64,000 nucleotides of DNA from Negaprion brevirostris. Lineage: Eukaryota. The translations under genes were made by a program, and so were the position numbers. The stretch covers positions 9,737,539 to 9,801,538 of the forward strand of contig JARDVH010000121.1 in NCBI GenBank assembly GCA_030324005.1, in the 5' to 3' direction. The notes under the pieces were generated by a model that did no database searches, was not told the DNA's origin, and was given only the letters and a program-made list of their open reading frames with translations. Positions 1 through 13,189 of the stretch are shown piece by piece. Position 1 is the stretch's first letter, and each line of letters opens with the position of its first letter.

Positions 1-714
1 CAAGCGTGCATCGTCCATGCCCACGCACATGCAGTGCCAGATTTTTTTTTTTTTTGTGATGTGTTGTCGTCTATGTGTAGATTGAGTGGTTGTAGGGTTT
101 CCTGTCTCTTGGCGCACCAACAATGGGACAGTGAAGATACATATCCAGGTGAGTATTTTGAGAAATTACAGGCCGTACTTCGACGGAAAAAAGAATCGCT
201 CTCCTCGGTGAATACATGGCCGAACAAACAGTTGTGCTAGTGATATTCTTAGCATAGGAAAGTTTTTTTTTTAGCTAGCATCTGGACATTAGGCATCACA
301 TTCACGAACCACTTGTGGTTGATATCAGCCGGAAGAATGTTCACAACTTCTCGAACTGCAGGACTTTGCGTTGCAAATTGTTAAATTAACTAATTGCAAC
401 ATCACGCATCCAGGTGTTTGTAAAATAGCACATCAATGGATTTTTTTTTTTTAACTGAGCAGGAGCTGATGAGTCAGAAGATGACTAATTCGTTGAATCG
501 TCCCCAACCAATGACTAACTCTCCTATCTGCAGATTCATTTGGCTGGTGCCCATAAGCTGACCAAGACAGTGCAGAAATAATTCTCACCATGTGTTCTGC
601 CCAAAGCCCTCATGTTTGAGGATCAGAAAATTCCTACAGTATTGATTGGGTCAGGTCTGCACCGTCCACAATTCCACGTAGATCCTATTCCGGGTACCTA
701 TTTAACTGCCAATT

Positions 715-915
715 CCGCTGACACTAGAGTGAATTCAGCATGGCAAATAAATCCAAACCGCAGGTGTTTGGACTGTCAAAGGAAACCAGAGCACCCGGAG
801 GAAATGCACGCGGACACAGTGACAAAGTGCAAACTCCACACATACAGTGTGTCGAGGCCGGTATTGAACCTGGGTTCCTAGCGCAGTGAGGTAGCCGTTC
901 CAACTACTGTGCCGC
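715..915 (-). mobile_element. tRNA-derived SINE (V-SINE/HE1-like)
   Basis: Antisense core ggaaaccagagcacccggaggaaa...tgcaaactccacaca and B-box-like ttgaacctgggttcc; similar copies elsewhere in the window; ends approximate. Confidence 0.8.
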
Positions 916-1971
916 TCTGCAGTCCACTCTGTCACCATGCGGATTTCACATAATTCTTGCAAAACATTCATTCAAAGACCTCCTCTGTGATGCGGACACA
1001 TATTGTGTCGTGGAACCCTGATTTAAAAAGCTATCTTGTAAATCTGTTTTGCACGTGGTGGTTGGGCATATGTGTGTTAAGATCATGTCTTGAATGTGTA
1101 GTGTAGTTCTTTCTGTTTCGTTTATGCGTTTTGATTCATAATTACTCGGGTCATGCAGCAAATAAAACTATGTTGTTTCTTGTTTTCACCTGTCCAAACA
1201 TTTTCAAGCATCTGTACACAAATTTTAGCCTAGGTCGTTCTGTCAATGAAATTACTAATTTCGTTTTTTGTTGTTGTTGTTGCCACATTTTACTGTTACC
1301 TAGTGTTAACACTTGAGCCGTCTTAATATCATCACTTTCCATGGCGAGGATGGCAAAAATACAGGTAATACCTCTGAAGTGAAAATGTGTTGTGGCAACA
1401 ATGATGGGACTTTGAGAGGGAGAACAATGATGATGGTGCGCACGTTCCGTGCCACATACCAAATCAAACATTGTAAATGTTTTTTTTTTATGTATAATAT
1501 GCTGTGGGACAGATGGATGGGTCCAACTATAACGATTTGAGGATATCCAGTGTTTGAAGCACCCACAGACTTACTGTCACTGAGTCTCTGATGTTGTTTG
1601 CACTTTTTTCTCTCGAAGTGTTCGTTCCTCTATCTGTCTCCATCATATTCTCACCGTAACTGTCTGAATTAGGTTCTCAGTCCACTTCCGGCGCATATGA
1701 TTGCATTTTGTCAAAAAAAAGTAGCTGCAGTTGGCTGGCTATCACTGTAGGTATTGCGAGTTGCTCAGATTCCGAACCCATTGTCACTTGTACAAGTCAT
1801 TGCTCGAACATGAATGAAAACATTTGTGTACAATACAATATTGTTTGCATTCGCGTTCCTCTAAGTTACCGAACTGCGTGATTGCCAACACGAAAACAAG
1901 TGCTGAATAGTGTGTGTCCTATATCTTGCCAATTAAGTACATTAATATGCATCGTAACTTCACTTTTACAG

Positions 1972-1998
1972 ATGAAAAGTTAGCAATAATGGCGGACG
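1972..1998 (+). CDS. 27-nt phase-1 micro-exon (D)EKLAIMAD
   Basis: cacttttacAG|atgaaaagttagcaataatggcggacg|GTaatc. Confidence 0.65.
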
Positions 1999-3456
1999 GT
2001 AATCTTGCAATCATTTGATTAAAACCGCATTTTTAGTTTTTTTTTAGGTGTTGCACTCGCTATATTATAAACCTTATTTGTAGCGGGCCGCTGGGGAAGT
2101 GTTCGGCCACTTCGCAGTGCGGATCCAGTGCAATACGGGATAAATGAAATGCCATAAGATGAAAACTGAACACACCCTGCTGCCTCCAGTAAATTCGGAT
2201 CAGTAGTGCACATGGAAATTATTTCTGCTCAAATGGAAAATCTTGCAATGTTTAATGGCTATTGTTTTCTTCTCACTATCGAGGTAACATGCTCGGCATT
2301 ACAAATAGCAATGCCTCAAGTTGGATGATATGAACTGATATTCTTAGCTTGCATTGGTTAATATATTTCTCCCCAGGAAAATACGATTGCAATCTCAAAC
2401 GTGAAATCACTTTGCGCGTTATTGCATCATGAACTATTTGCAGGAAAGCTTGGGAAATCGTTCAAAGTTGCTATCTTCATAACTAAAGTTTTCTGAACAC
2501 GAGCGATGCGATAAAAGTGCAATCCTCGATAGGACATGTGACTGGATGTTTTCAATGTCGCAACATTCCCTTAATTGCTTTCACATTTTCCTTTACCCAC
2601 CCCGACCTGTCGGCATTAATGCTGCTTGACTGAAGATGTGTGTTTCCGACCGTTAGCACATGGGATATTAGGGTTTCTGTCGGAGAACAGCGGTTAATCG
2701 GATTGACCGTCGGTGGGGATCGGTGATGTGGGAGGTTTTGTGTGTTCGAATCCCACACTCGTCATGTTCCTGCGTTAAAGCTTGCACGGGATCATTTTGC
2801 ATTTCTGTCACAGCACGTACAGACTCCGGAACCCCATCATATGCAAGTGCATTCATTAGTTCTGCCGGCGATCTACTTTAGAAGTCTGCATTATCCTCGA
2901 AAACACCCGTCTCTCTCGTATTCAACTCCACACTGCGCAAAGGCAGTAACAGATTCCGAGAGTTTGAAATTGGATAGAGTATATTTTCAGTATCATCCAT
3001 CGATTTGTCTGGCACTTCAGTAAGAACACGTTTCCGCATCAATATATACTATGAAGTCCGCTAGCAGCGCAATATTTCGAAATGTATCTTCTCCTACCGT
3101 TGTTGAAATCGAAAAAAATCCCATTTGTCAGGCTTCCCATACTGCTGCCTTTGAAAAAGCGGCTGCATTTCAAAGAAATAAACTTGAGCTTTGCAATTGA
3201 TCCCACGAATCACAATTCCACAGATTTTATCTCCCATTTCATGGTATCAATTTGATTTGAATATTCAGGCGAATCTTAAACCACATGGGACATTTATCCA
3301 TATGTCTCCGTTTTCCGTTGCGTTGTTTTGGAAAACATTTAGAAAATGTATTGTTGTTTTCGAATGTTTTTGAAGCAGACTATATGCAAAACAAAAACAT
3401 GTATAGTCTCATGAATTGAACTTGACCTGCTCTTTTGCCGCATGTCACAGTTGTAG

Positions 3457-3492
3457 GGCTGGACTCACGTCCAAAAGCTGTGGAAGATCCAG
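3457..3492 (+). CDS. 36-nt phase-1 micro-exon GLDSRPKAVEDP (alternative in-frame acceptor at 3451 would add VV)
   Basis: cacagttgtAG|ggctggactcacgtccaaaagctgtggaagatccag|GTaagg. Confidence 0.65.
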
Positions 3493-3871
3493 GTAAGGAA
3501 AATAATGTTTTATTTTGAAATCCAATGGTAAACATTTCAACTTGGATCAGCGATAGTCACCTGTTTTCAATTCGTCTGATTCTCGTCGCAAATGGTGTCG
3601 ATGCAACTGAAAATAAACAGAGTGTAGAATTTGCCGAGCACGCATTACACTCTTAATGCCAGTACTTTCGGATGGAAGGGAATCCATGGGGAGTTGGCGG
3701 ATGTTCGTGCAGGGAAAGTACATATGGCGAAGTTATGTCTTAGTTCATATGACTATTCTTGCAATATAGACAGTTGATTTATTCCCGCAGCATTGGCGTC
3801 AACCGCAGAATGACATGTGAAGTTTAAAATTGTGCTGTTCAATCTGAATGTCAGTAATTGACGCGTTACAG

Positions 3872-3898
3872 AAAAGAAGCTGAAAGCCAAGCATGACG
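3872..3898 (+). CDS. 27-nt phase-1 micro-exon EKKLKAKHD
   Basis: gcgttacAG|aaaagaagctgaaagccaagcatgacg|GTacct; 379-nt intron after the 36-nt exon; splice sites weak. Confidence 0.6.
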
Positions 3899-5685
3899 GT
3901 ACCTGGTTTAAAAATACATTTCCCAGCATTTCATAATCAAAGCACTTAGAAAGAAAATAGTGACAGAGGAATACTATTCAGTCAATCAATATTTTCTACT
4001 TGTAGGGGATTCAATATTGATTCTCTTAATCTTTGGCAAAATCATTTTGTCATTGAAATATAAACATGACTCAAAGCATTTCACTGATTGCTTGTATTAT
4101 GCTAGAGAAAACCATGATGATGTAACTGGTAACAATGAAGGGAATTGGTTTTATCAGTCGTTATAAATATATGACATTGTTCAGGTAATAGAGTCTGGAC
4201 CATTTCAAATCTACACCTCCGCTCACTACCCACTACTTATTCGTTGCCGCCAATTTCTTAGAGATCAAGACGTTACATTTAGCACAACCTCGCTTTCACA
4301 CAACCCCACCAGCATATCCCAGTACTGAACTTTATCCTTATTATTTGTGAGGATGATTAATATTTAGTTTCTCACAGTTAAGAAATTCGCATGTTAAATT
4401 TCAAATTGCAATAATCGAAGAGGTTCATAGCAATTAATATGTGTCCTTAAATTAATGAATTTGAGGAAAAATGATTGAGCTGACTTCCCCGAAATGTCGT
4501 GCAATTCTGTAATTATATCAAGGAAAATAATACATAAATTGTTGGGTCTAGCTGTAAAATTCAAGACGAGGCATTAGACACGATGTCTTTGATTCATCTG
4601 CAATGTTGCAGGTAAGCCCACACGATTATATGCTGCTAAACATTATTGGACTTTAGATTAGCAAGGCATTCATGCGGCGTTCCTCAATCATTCTTCCTCA
4701 AATACGTAAATCCAATGGCACATATGACGTGCGTTGAAACGCAAGTTGTAATCTAATCCAGGTCTAAACGTGTGTTTAAACTCATTTAAACGTAGATGAA
4801 AACAAGTTGTGTATCTTGGAACTTGTTTGAATTGTTGAAGCATTCTTCCTCATAGACTGATTGTTTTCAGTATAGAGAAGGCGTTCCGAGTCTGTGTTCA
4901 TGTGATTCGGTTGAGTATGGACAATTTGGCAAAGGAGCCTAGGATTAAGATCACGAAACTTTTGATATGAATGGCAGGACAGGCTGAAGAGTTCACATGT
5001 TTGTTGCTGTTCCAAATGTGCATATTCATGCCAAAGGTAGTTTGGAAATTTCGTGCAAAATACATACATTCACTTTGTCTGATTCATGTGTTCTCACTTT
5101 CGTCTTGCAGCACTGGAAAATTTCCAATAATTAGCAAATAATGCCTTTGTTGTTGAAACTCCCGGAACATAATTTCGGAATCACTCATTTTGTTTTTTTT
5201 TTAATGGAGTTATACATGGCTACTCTCCTTTGCCTGGGTTCCACAATTTTTCCAACCCCCATAACGATTGATTACGTTCTTGGGAAAGTACGTTTGACAT
5301 AAAGACCAATCTGAACCAAGCGAATATAATATAAGGGAACACATCAACCTTCTACGTGTCGTGTGTGAGCATCCATTTCCTTAATTAGTGTCCACAGTAC
5401 AGAGTTAAGCTTTTGAAATATTGAATTAATTATGCTATTGATTGTTGCATTCATAACGTGTCTCTCCAGTTCAGTGTTGATCACCGGCCAAAAACAAAAA
5501 GACAACTCACAGAAGGGAAGCAAATTTTGCGGCCCGAATTCAGGAACAATGTTAAACGGTCACCATATGACCATGGTTGCTCCCCGTCCGAGAGTGCGAG
5601 GTTACTGGCGACGAGCAAGTTTGAGAATAAGAGTGCGCCTGAATAATCTGAGCCAGCTGTCACGCTATATGCATGCTGTTGACGT

Positions 5686-5721
5686 AGCTTTGTAAATCAG
5701 GCCAGTCGTCCGAAAACTGAG
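5686..5721 (+). pseudogene. Degenerate 36-nt exon copy ELCKSGQSSEN*
   Basis: Starts AG CTT like the 36-nt class and ends G|GTaaac, but the acceptor is lost (ctgttgacgt) and there is an in-frame TGA. Confidence 0.4.
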
Positions 5722-5809
5722 GTAAACAAATTGGAAGAGCGGCTCGCGCTGCTGCGTCACAGCGAACAGGACCCGCTTTCGATTTGAAGCTTCGTCACTG
5801 TTTCGTCTG

Positions 5810-5965
5810 GGGCGGCACGTTCTGCCGTGTCTGGTTGGGTTTTCCATGACTGTTCCGGTTTCCTCCCACAGTCCGAAGGAACTGCGAGTTAGGTGCGTAG
5901 GTTATGCTAAACAAAAACTCTCTCCGTGAACATGTGCAAGCTTCTAAGCTTGGTTGCTAGGGGAA
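5810..5965 (+). mobile_element. Partial V-SINE/HE1-like SINE
   Basis: gcacgttctgccgtgtctg...tccggtttcctcccacagtccgaag core. Confidence 0.7.
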
Positions 5966-6337
5966 TTTCGCCGAAACTCTATTGCGCTGTTCATATATGC
6001 CTACTTGACAAACTAATAGATAAACTTGAAATAAATTCCGCGGCTATTGATAGGGAACTGCAAGTGTTATTGTTTTGTTCCTGCGACTATTATCGAGATT
6101 CAACAGTTCTCGTGGCTCATAATTCTTTGTTCCTGTTACACCTACGGAGAATAATTTATATTGCATCGTAAAATAATCCCGAAGTTTTACATCGATGCAA
6201 TTTGCCCGACACCAGTGTCGGCAATCTGGGGAAATGGCTAACGGCCCCTTAACTGATGTATTCATCTTGAATACTGGGATTGGATCAACTGTTGAAGCTC
6301 AGACTTCAAAATGAATTGAGACTTTGGCTGTCAAACA

Positions 6338-6340
<3 letters not shown>

Positions 6341-6371
<31 letters not shown>

Positions 6372-6393
6372 GTTGTTGTTATTATTATTATTA
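6341..6393. repeat. (TTA)n/(TTG)n microsatellite
   Basis: Direct reading. Confidence 0.95.
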
Positions 6394-6585
6394 TGAATTG
6401 CTAATTGTTATAGGAATTTGCATTGCAAACACCAGAAGTGTTTCTCAATCCCATAACTTTACTAACTCGCATCCGACATATCACTTGGTGTTTATTTGAA
6501 ATAAAAAAAGAAAATTCACTGAGATATAATATGGATTGCATGTACTTCGCCTGATCGATTATGCTGTCCTCAATCCAATTTACAG

Positions 6586-6612
6586 ACGAGACCAGTAAGA
6601 TAAAAGAGAAAG
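6586..6612 (+). CDS. 27-nt phase-1 micro-exon DETSKIKEK
   Basis: ccaatttacAG|acgagaccagtaagataaaagagaaag|GTaagt (consensus donor). Confidence 0.7.
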
Positions 6613-8165
6613 GTAAGTAAAAGCGTATTAGATTGTTTAAAACGACATGGAAGTCAACTTTTTTTTTCAAAGCCTTTAAAATAGATATTTGTTCTCGTGT
6701 ATGGGTGATGTAAAAAAGAATTGGCTGTTTGCCTTTCTCGCAGTTTTTTTTCTACAAGTGCAGGGGCACGTACATCTGTGGCATATGCCACATATTACAT
6801 TCACTCTGCAATTCAGAGTAATTGTTTGTTCTCTTCTGTTCTGAAAGCGAGCTTAATTGCTGCTGTCTCGATGGTTATTTTAGCTGGTCCTTCTTTGTTC
6901 CAATTCACGAAAACGAGCATCACAGAAATGGATAGCAAATCAGGTGTCACGTTTCATCACCACTGCTGAGTCAGTAAATTCCTTGATATAAACGTGCATC
7001 TGGAGAACTGATTTTTCGAAGTTTCTGAGGAATTAGAACTCTCGCTTTTCCGGCCATGCACTCGTCTATAAACATTAGCGACATATTACCGAATGTGTGG
7101 AAAATCTCGGAAGCGGGAAATGAATCAGCTTCATCTGAAACGCAAGAATCAGCTACAGCCATAACCTTCCGGCAGCAGCATGCAGGGAAGCGATCCTTCC
7201 ATACGATGTCCTCCCTCCGGCCTCATCAAACAGGTTTGCACATTTTTGTGTGAGTCAGAAAAGGTTTTCTCAATCAATCAATCGTTTTCGGCTGAGGCGT
7301 TCCATTTGCACTGTGAACCCTATACCGAAAAACAATTGCTTTCATCGTGCGTCTGTAAAAAAAAAATCCACCGTACATTTGGGCGTGTGTATGGAATGGT
7401 ATATGTGCTCGTCTTGAAGACTGATCAGGCTAAATCCTTTCTTGTTTTATTGATCTCTTTAAGATGGAACATTCGATACCATTTTATTAACGGCATAAAC
7501 ACTTCCAGGAACAGTTTCAATCATTAATTGCCTCACTTGGTTTTCACAAAAATAACTTGTTCCTGTTGAGAAAACATGCGTTCCAATATTTTAAGTGAAA
7601 TGGAAATTAACATAATAGTGTCCTGTAAACAACTCGTATACTTCTTGATATTTAAAAGTTTCAGGCATGTCATGCTTCCTTTATTCGTGGTGTTATCACT
7701 TTTCCAGTTACTTAAGCCAGGATTGGGGCAATGAGTTACCACTTAGTTTCCCTTTGCCTGTGAACTTTTCTCATGACCACCAGTGATTTGGTATCAACGC
7801 TGCATTTTGTCCAATTCCAGGGAACGTGGTGAAAGGACGTACGCATTCTTGTCCATTCTCACCTTTTTGACTCATTTCGTTTTAACAAAATGGGACAAGC
7901 GTTGTGTTCAAATAAGTGCGGTCTTATGCGGCTTAAGATTCGGTTCTCGCCGAGCGTTAATTATCAGAATGGCTTTTGGAGAAGTAGCTTCGGGAAAATT
8001 AAAGCTGCTCACATTTCGTTCCCGATTGATGCAAACATTCAGCATTACATTTCGGTGTCTGGCTGGTCACCGACAGTAATTGCCTCTATATGTTCAACGA
8101 ACAACTTCTTTGCGCTCCTATATAAAACACTTTTCCTGCCCTCGCGTCTGGCCTGCACATGAACA

Positions 8166-8308
8166 GTAAGAAGTCTCACAACAAGAGGTTAAAGTCCAAC
8201 GAATTTATTTGATACCGCTATCAAATAAATTGGTTGGACTTTAACCAGGCGTTGTGAGACTTCTTACAGTGCTTACCCCAGTCCAACGCCGGCATCTCCA
8301 CATCATGA
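8166..8308. mobile_element. Short palindromic Penelope terminal remnant
   Basis: About 49-bp inverted arms (8166-8214 and 8219-8267); the right arm matches the Penelope end at 33711-33756 (caaataaa..ttggactttaacc..ttgt.agact.cttac). Confidence 0.75.
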
Positions 8309-8993
8309 CTGCACATTGACACCAGAGGCCCTCGGAATTATAAGTCTGAAAATTCGTATATTTTATTCTGGCGACTGTTAACGTTTTCAGCAAATAGTTA
8401 CTGCTACTTTGCTATTTCGGAAACTGCTGAGCTGCTGTAAACTTAATTGGCCGGGAGCTCTCTCACAAAAAAAAGTTTCATTCCCACTGAATATTTTGAC
8501 CCTAGAACGTTCTACAGAGACTTGTCTCACTCGGGGCCCGCCAGGATATGTGGCATGAATTGCTCTGGGCTTTCGAAGGTTGGTATGGAAACAAATAAAC
8601 ATGGAATCCAGAAATGTATTTCCAATTTTGCTGCTGTAGCTTTCGCTAATATTCCTCAAACCAGGAGCTCCCACAATCGTTTGCAATGTTTACACTTGCT
8701 TCTGCCTAGCTTTTTTTGTACTACATTTCCGCCCGCCGCTTGACTTTGAGTGGAAGATTTCCTTCAATTAATCCCACGGTGTCCTCGATGCATATTTTGC
8801 CACGTTTTAAATTCATTTTTTTCTTTGTTTGAGCCATATTTTATGAAATGTCTCAGAGTAACTTATGGACCACGTAAATGTTTTTCATCCGATGGATTTT
8901 GAGAGTGGAATTGACAAGATTTGTTTTTTTATTCATCTTTGGCGCTTTTAATTTAAATGCAGCCTCGAAAGTCTATATAATCCTCTTTGAAAG

Positions 8994-9026
8994 AAACTGT
9001 ATGTAAAGCAGCTTTGAAAGATTGCG
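8994..9026 (+). CDS. 33-nt variant of the 36-nt class, ETVCKAALKDC
   Basis: tcctctttgaaAG|aaactgtatgtaaagcagctttgaaagattgcg|GTaagg; retains C-K-x-x-L-K-D. Confidence 0.65.
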
Positions 9027-10824
9027 GTAAGGAAGTTGGCTCGTCAATTTCAACTCTGAGTGCTTTCTGACAACCATTTCATGTGATAAAGGAACACCGC
9101 AGATGTCGTATAGCGCTTGCCCCCTGTTTCAAACATTGCTCTGCTCTCAATCTAGCTGATTCCGATGCATGCAAATATGAAAGCCGATATTGGATTCGGA
9201 CAACGATAAGACTTGATCAGCATATTCGCCCGTTCGCAAGGAAAATGATGTAATACTGTTTCGAGTGTTTGCTTTGCAGTAGCGGAACTTTCGATGAGGG
9301 GAAAGCAAATTCCCCTGCCGCATGAGTGAAATGCTCTTTGGATTACCACTGCTTCATGGGATGCAATTGAAGGTGCAGCAAGTTGAAGTTTGTCTGTTGT
9401 CTGAGATTCAGCAAAAATGATTTACACACGAATACAGTTTGATTTGGTTAATTTGTTGTTGTCACTTATTTTAGTACGCAGTGAAAAGCATTGTTTCCTG
9501 TGCGCCATAGGTGCACGAGCATAAGGTGTGTATTGTTACTTATTTTAGTACGCAGCGAAAAGTATTTTTCCTTTGCGCCATACAGAAAAAAAAAAAGGTC
9601 ATTGAAGGAACCTTTGGCCATTTTGACAGTTAGGCACCAACGTTCGTTAACATGTCAAGGTTTCAAGAAGTGAATACCTATCACTCGAAAATTGAAAGTG
9701 TATTTCAAAGTGCACTGAAAGTTCGGATTCGCTTCTGAGGAGAGCGGTTAACTTCCCGGCTGTTAAAGAAGGACTGTATTTACTTAAATGTATGAAACTT
9801 TAATAGTATCAAGTCAAATGTATAAAGGCTCTACAGCATAAGGTGTGGAAATTTAGATATTGACATTGCTTAGGCCTTTCGAGGGAACACATTTTCATGA
9901 AAATTTGTGTTTATGTATTACAATATCACAGTGTGTTTTAAATGAAACCATTCTCATCACACACGTAATCAAACATATTATTTAAAATACTCAAACATGG
10001 CTTTGGCATGCCCGGGATACACGGCAATTTCCAAGTCTGCAAATTACCTTCCTACCGTCCACCCCTTTCCCGTTCCCTCGCCTTACAATCTTCCGCGAAT
10101 TTTGCATAGAAATGGGGAAGTCGAGTGGATGACACCAGAATTTGCCCCTTTGTGACAGTCAAGTCGACATTTCGAGGCAAAACTGTCTCGGTCGGTTATA
10201 CCGAACTTCAAATCTTAAGAGTAGTTCAATTTCAAGTCATCGTTCATTAAATCTTGGCTCCTGCTGATCGCAGGACCTCTTTGCTGGCAGAGGCTGCGAA
10301 GGTTTTAGTCTTGTGCTGTTGGTACTCGTTTGCGTGGAGCAGTCCCTGTACATAGCAAAGGTATAAAAATCAAAATAATCTGCATGCCCATGCGCAAGTA
10401 AGGTATCAACGGGAACAGGACAGGAACAGTGGGGAGTGAATTGGCCAAAGCCCAACAGTTTCTCCAAACCTTGTGGGAAGGGGAATCGTCTCAGAAGGAT
10501 GTTCCAGGGAGAATCTAATGCAGAGATCAGCAATAGCCCCACTAAATCAAGATGAAAATCAGGAGAAGGGAAAGAGTTGACCATAGTGTAATAAAGTTCA
10601 CTGGGGAACAGAATCGATGCAAAGTGTTTCCGACAGCAATTCTGGAGAACTGACAGGAAAACAAAAACAAGCCTGGAAACTATGTCAAAAGACATACAGA
10701 GAAAGCATACTTTTGCCTGTTGTTGTTCTCTGGCTGGACCTGAACGCGAGCTGATAGTGTGCTTCACCGTTGAAGCTTGACTGTTGTCTGAGATTCAGCA
10801 CAAATGACTTACACACGAATACAG

Positions 10825-11165
10825 TTTGGTTTGGTTAATTTGTTGCTGTCACTTATTTTAGTATGCAGTGAAAAGTATTGTTTCTTGTGTACCATAGAGA
10901 AAAAAAAAACTTCATACAGAAGGAGAAAAAAGTGAAGAAAGTAGTATTACAATCATAGCTAGAGTGCTGAACAAGATCGACTTAATGCAAGGTAGGTTCG
11001 TTCAAATATCTGATGGCAACAGGCAAAAAGCTGCTCTCAAGTCGGTTGGTTCATGACATCGGACGGAAGAAAGTGGAAGAGAGGATGTTCGGAGTGTTTG
11101 GAGTCCTTAGTTATGCTGGCAACTTTGCCTAGGCAGCGGGAGATGTAGACAGAGTAAGTGGATAC
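10825..11165 (-). mobile_element. 3' end of a Rex1/Babar-like LINE
   Basis: 11090-11165 is similar to 13190-13265, which is contiguous with the Rex1-type RT fragment. Confidence 0.6.
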
Positions 11166-12659
11166 TGAAAGCTTTGACGCAGATCTTGTTAGGAGAGATC
11201 CGCATTGCAGAAACTGTTGATGGAAATTCCAGAATTTTGACTTGGAGATTGGACACTCGTGTGAGAAGCACTGGGATTCGGTGAAATCGGGTAACCCACT
11301 GCATGACAAGTGTGTTGTTGGGAAACCTGACGAAACTGCTTTCATGAGAATTGCTATTTCAATACTGTCATCATGCCTTTGAACTCAGCTCACTAGCTAC
11401 TTCACATGTACTGAGGTTTACCCTGAGAATTAAGTTACACATTGGAAGGAGTAACTTATTTTATTTTGCCATGATCTATTGTATGGATAAATAATGATGC
11501 CAACCAGAAATAATGAATATTTATTAAAATAGTTTGAGCTTCTATTGAGAGCTTCCAAGTCGATGTTTACTCTTCCAGACGGGAGCTCTTTGAATGGTCA
11601 TCCAGAGAAATTTGTACAATTATCTGCAAAAGTTGAAATAGAAAACAAAAACTGTAACAAGTATGAAATCACTATAACAATATCTCTTCTGTAACATTTT
11701 CACTGATGCAGGGGTTAGTAATACACAGACCAAAAGATATTTGTGAAGTTAGCCTCGACCCTTATTGTTAATTTTGATTTTGGCATTGCTGTGTAAAATG
11801 TGCTTCACCGGGATATGACTCCAATGACAAACTCGGAGAATATTATCAAACAAAGTTTATTTCTGAAGACAGTTGAAGTAAAATTAAAAAGAAAATCACC
11901 CTGACCAATTACAAGACTTAAATAGGACATAACATTAACGCTGATAGCTAACTGTCTCTGTTGTTCCGAGTTAAATTTCATGAAACAGACATATACCCTT
12001 GTTCAAAGTTGGTACAAATTAAGTATGCTCAAATGTGCGGGATTTTCTGCTACGTAATTCCTGCCGTAAATTGGCCATTGGGAGATCGGATTGCATTTCT
12101 GAGGCTCCTTAATCATGGAGTGTACTGAAAGTCTCTTGAGAGAAAAACAAGAAACAGAGACACTGCGTCCTTCCAGCAGCTTTTGTTAGCAACTGAGCAT
12201 CGAAATTAAAACTTGCAAATCTCTAAATAATAGCTGACCATAGAGAGTTCACAGAACCTGCCAATCCAGTTGCAATTACATTTTGAATGGTGCTATTGCA
12301 AACATAGAACGGAACTCTTCATTAGTAAGGGTTAAAATCAACATGGTATCAGTCGTAAGTCTAGGCAAAAATACAGGACATCGGCGAAGACAACATGATG
12401 CCAACAATATATCCTGCAAACAGATAGGGATAAATCAAATTTCTTCAGGGAATATTTGTCGACATCTCCCAATTTAAAAAAAAACATCCATATACAAAGG
12501 CGTTTAATTTTTCAATAACATTTAGTTTCTTCTAACTTTGGTAATAAGCATAAAAGGGCGAATTTTCGATCGCTGATCTCTTATCACACACTGTGGCGCT
12601 TTTAAATTCTGTCAGGTTAAATCGTCAGCACTATTCAATGTTTCACTAACATTTTACAG

Positions 12660-12686
12660 ATAGTGTGATAATGTAGTCCCAGAATG
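12660..12686 (+). pseudogene. Degenerate 27-nt exon copy DSVIM*SQN
   Basis: Good branch point and acceptor (cactaac attttacAG); 27 nt ending CAG AAT G; donor reads ctgact; in-frame TAG. Confidence 0.45.
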
Positions 12687-13189
12687 CTGACTCAACAATT
12701 TCCCTTTGATCAATTTAAGTGGTCCTCTTCCCTCATGACTAAAAATCAATTCAAATGCCCTGAATTTCGTTCATTCATTAGGTGTATACCTAAATATGAA
12801 AACCTGCAAATGGAACCCCATTATCTCAATCCTCTCGGTAAACTTGGAAATACACCCTCAGGCGTGCCCTTATATGTTGACGTCAATGCCACATTATTCT
12901 CTGCGATTTCAGATTGTACACAATTAATTTAAATTATTTTCCTAATCAGTCCATTTCCTCCCCGAATAAGTTCGATGTACAACTTGATCTTGATGAGTTT
13001 GCACATCTTTGGCTAGCCCATATCCAGTTAAAAAATGTACAATTCACTTTGCAATAATATTGAGTAATTAAATGGGCGTTGGAAATCTAGTCGTGGCATC
13101 AATTGTGATGAATGCGTTTCACTCTCACTTTTCATTATAGTGAGTGAACAGACAAATAAGAAGTACACTATAAAGATAGCAGACAGTAC

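Noticed and set aside
81-148. Strong donor ccag|GTgagt at 149
   Set aside because: Available acceptors give 53 or 68 nt, not a symmetric exon. A 36-nt version would need a GG acceptor and its peptide does not fit the class.
10237-10767. 176-aa minus-strand ORF, the longest N-free ORF
   Set aside because: No recognisable motif or convincing splice context; probably chance or an unrecognised repeat.
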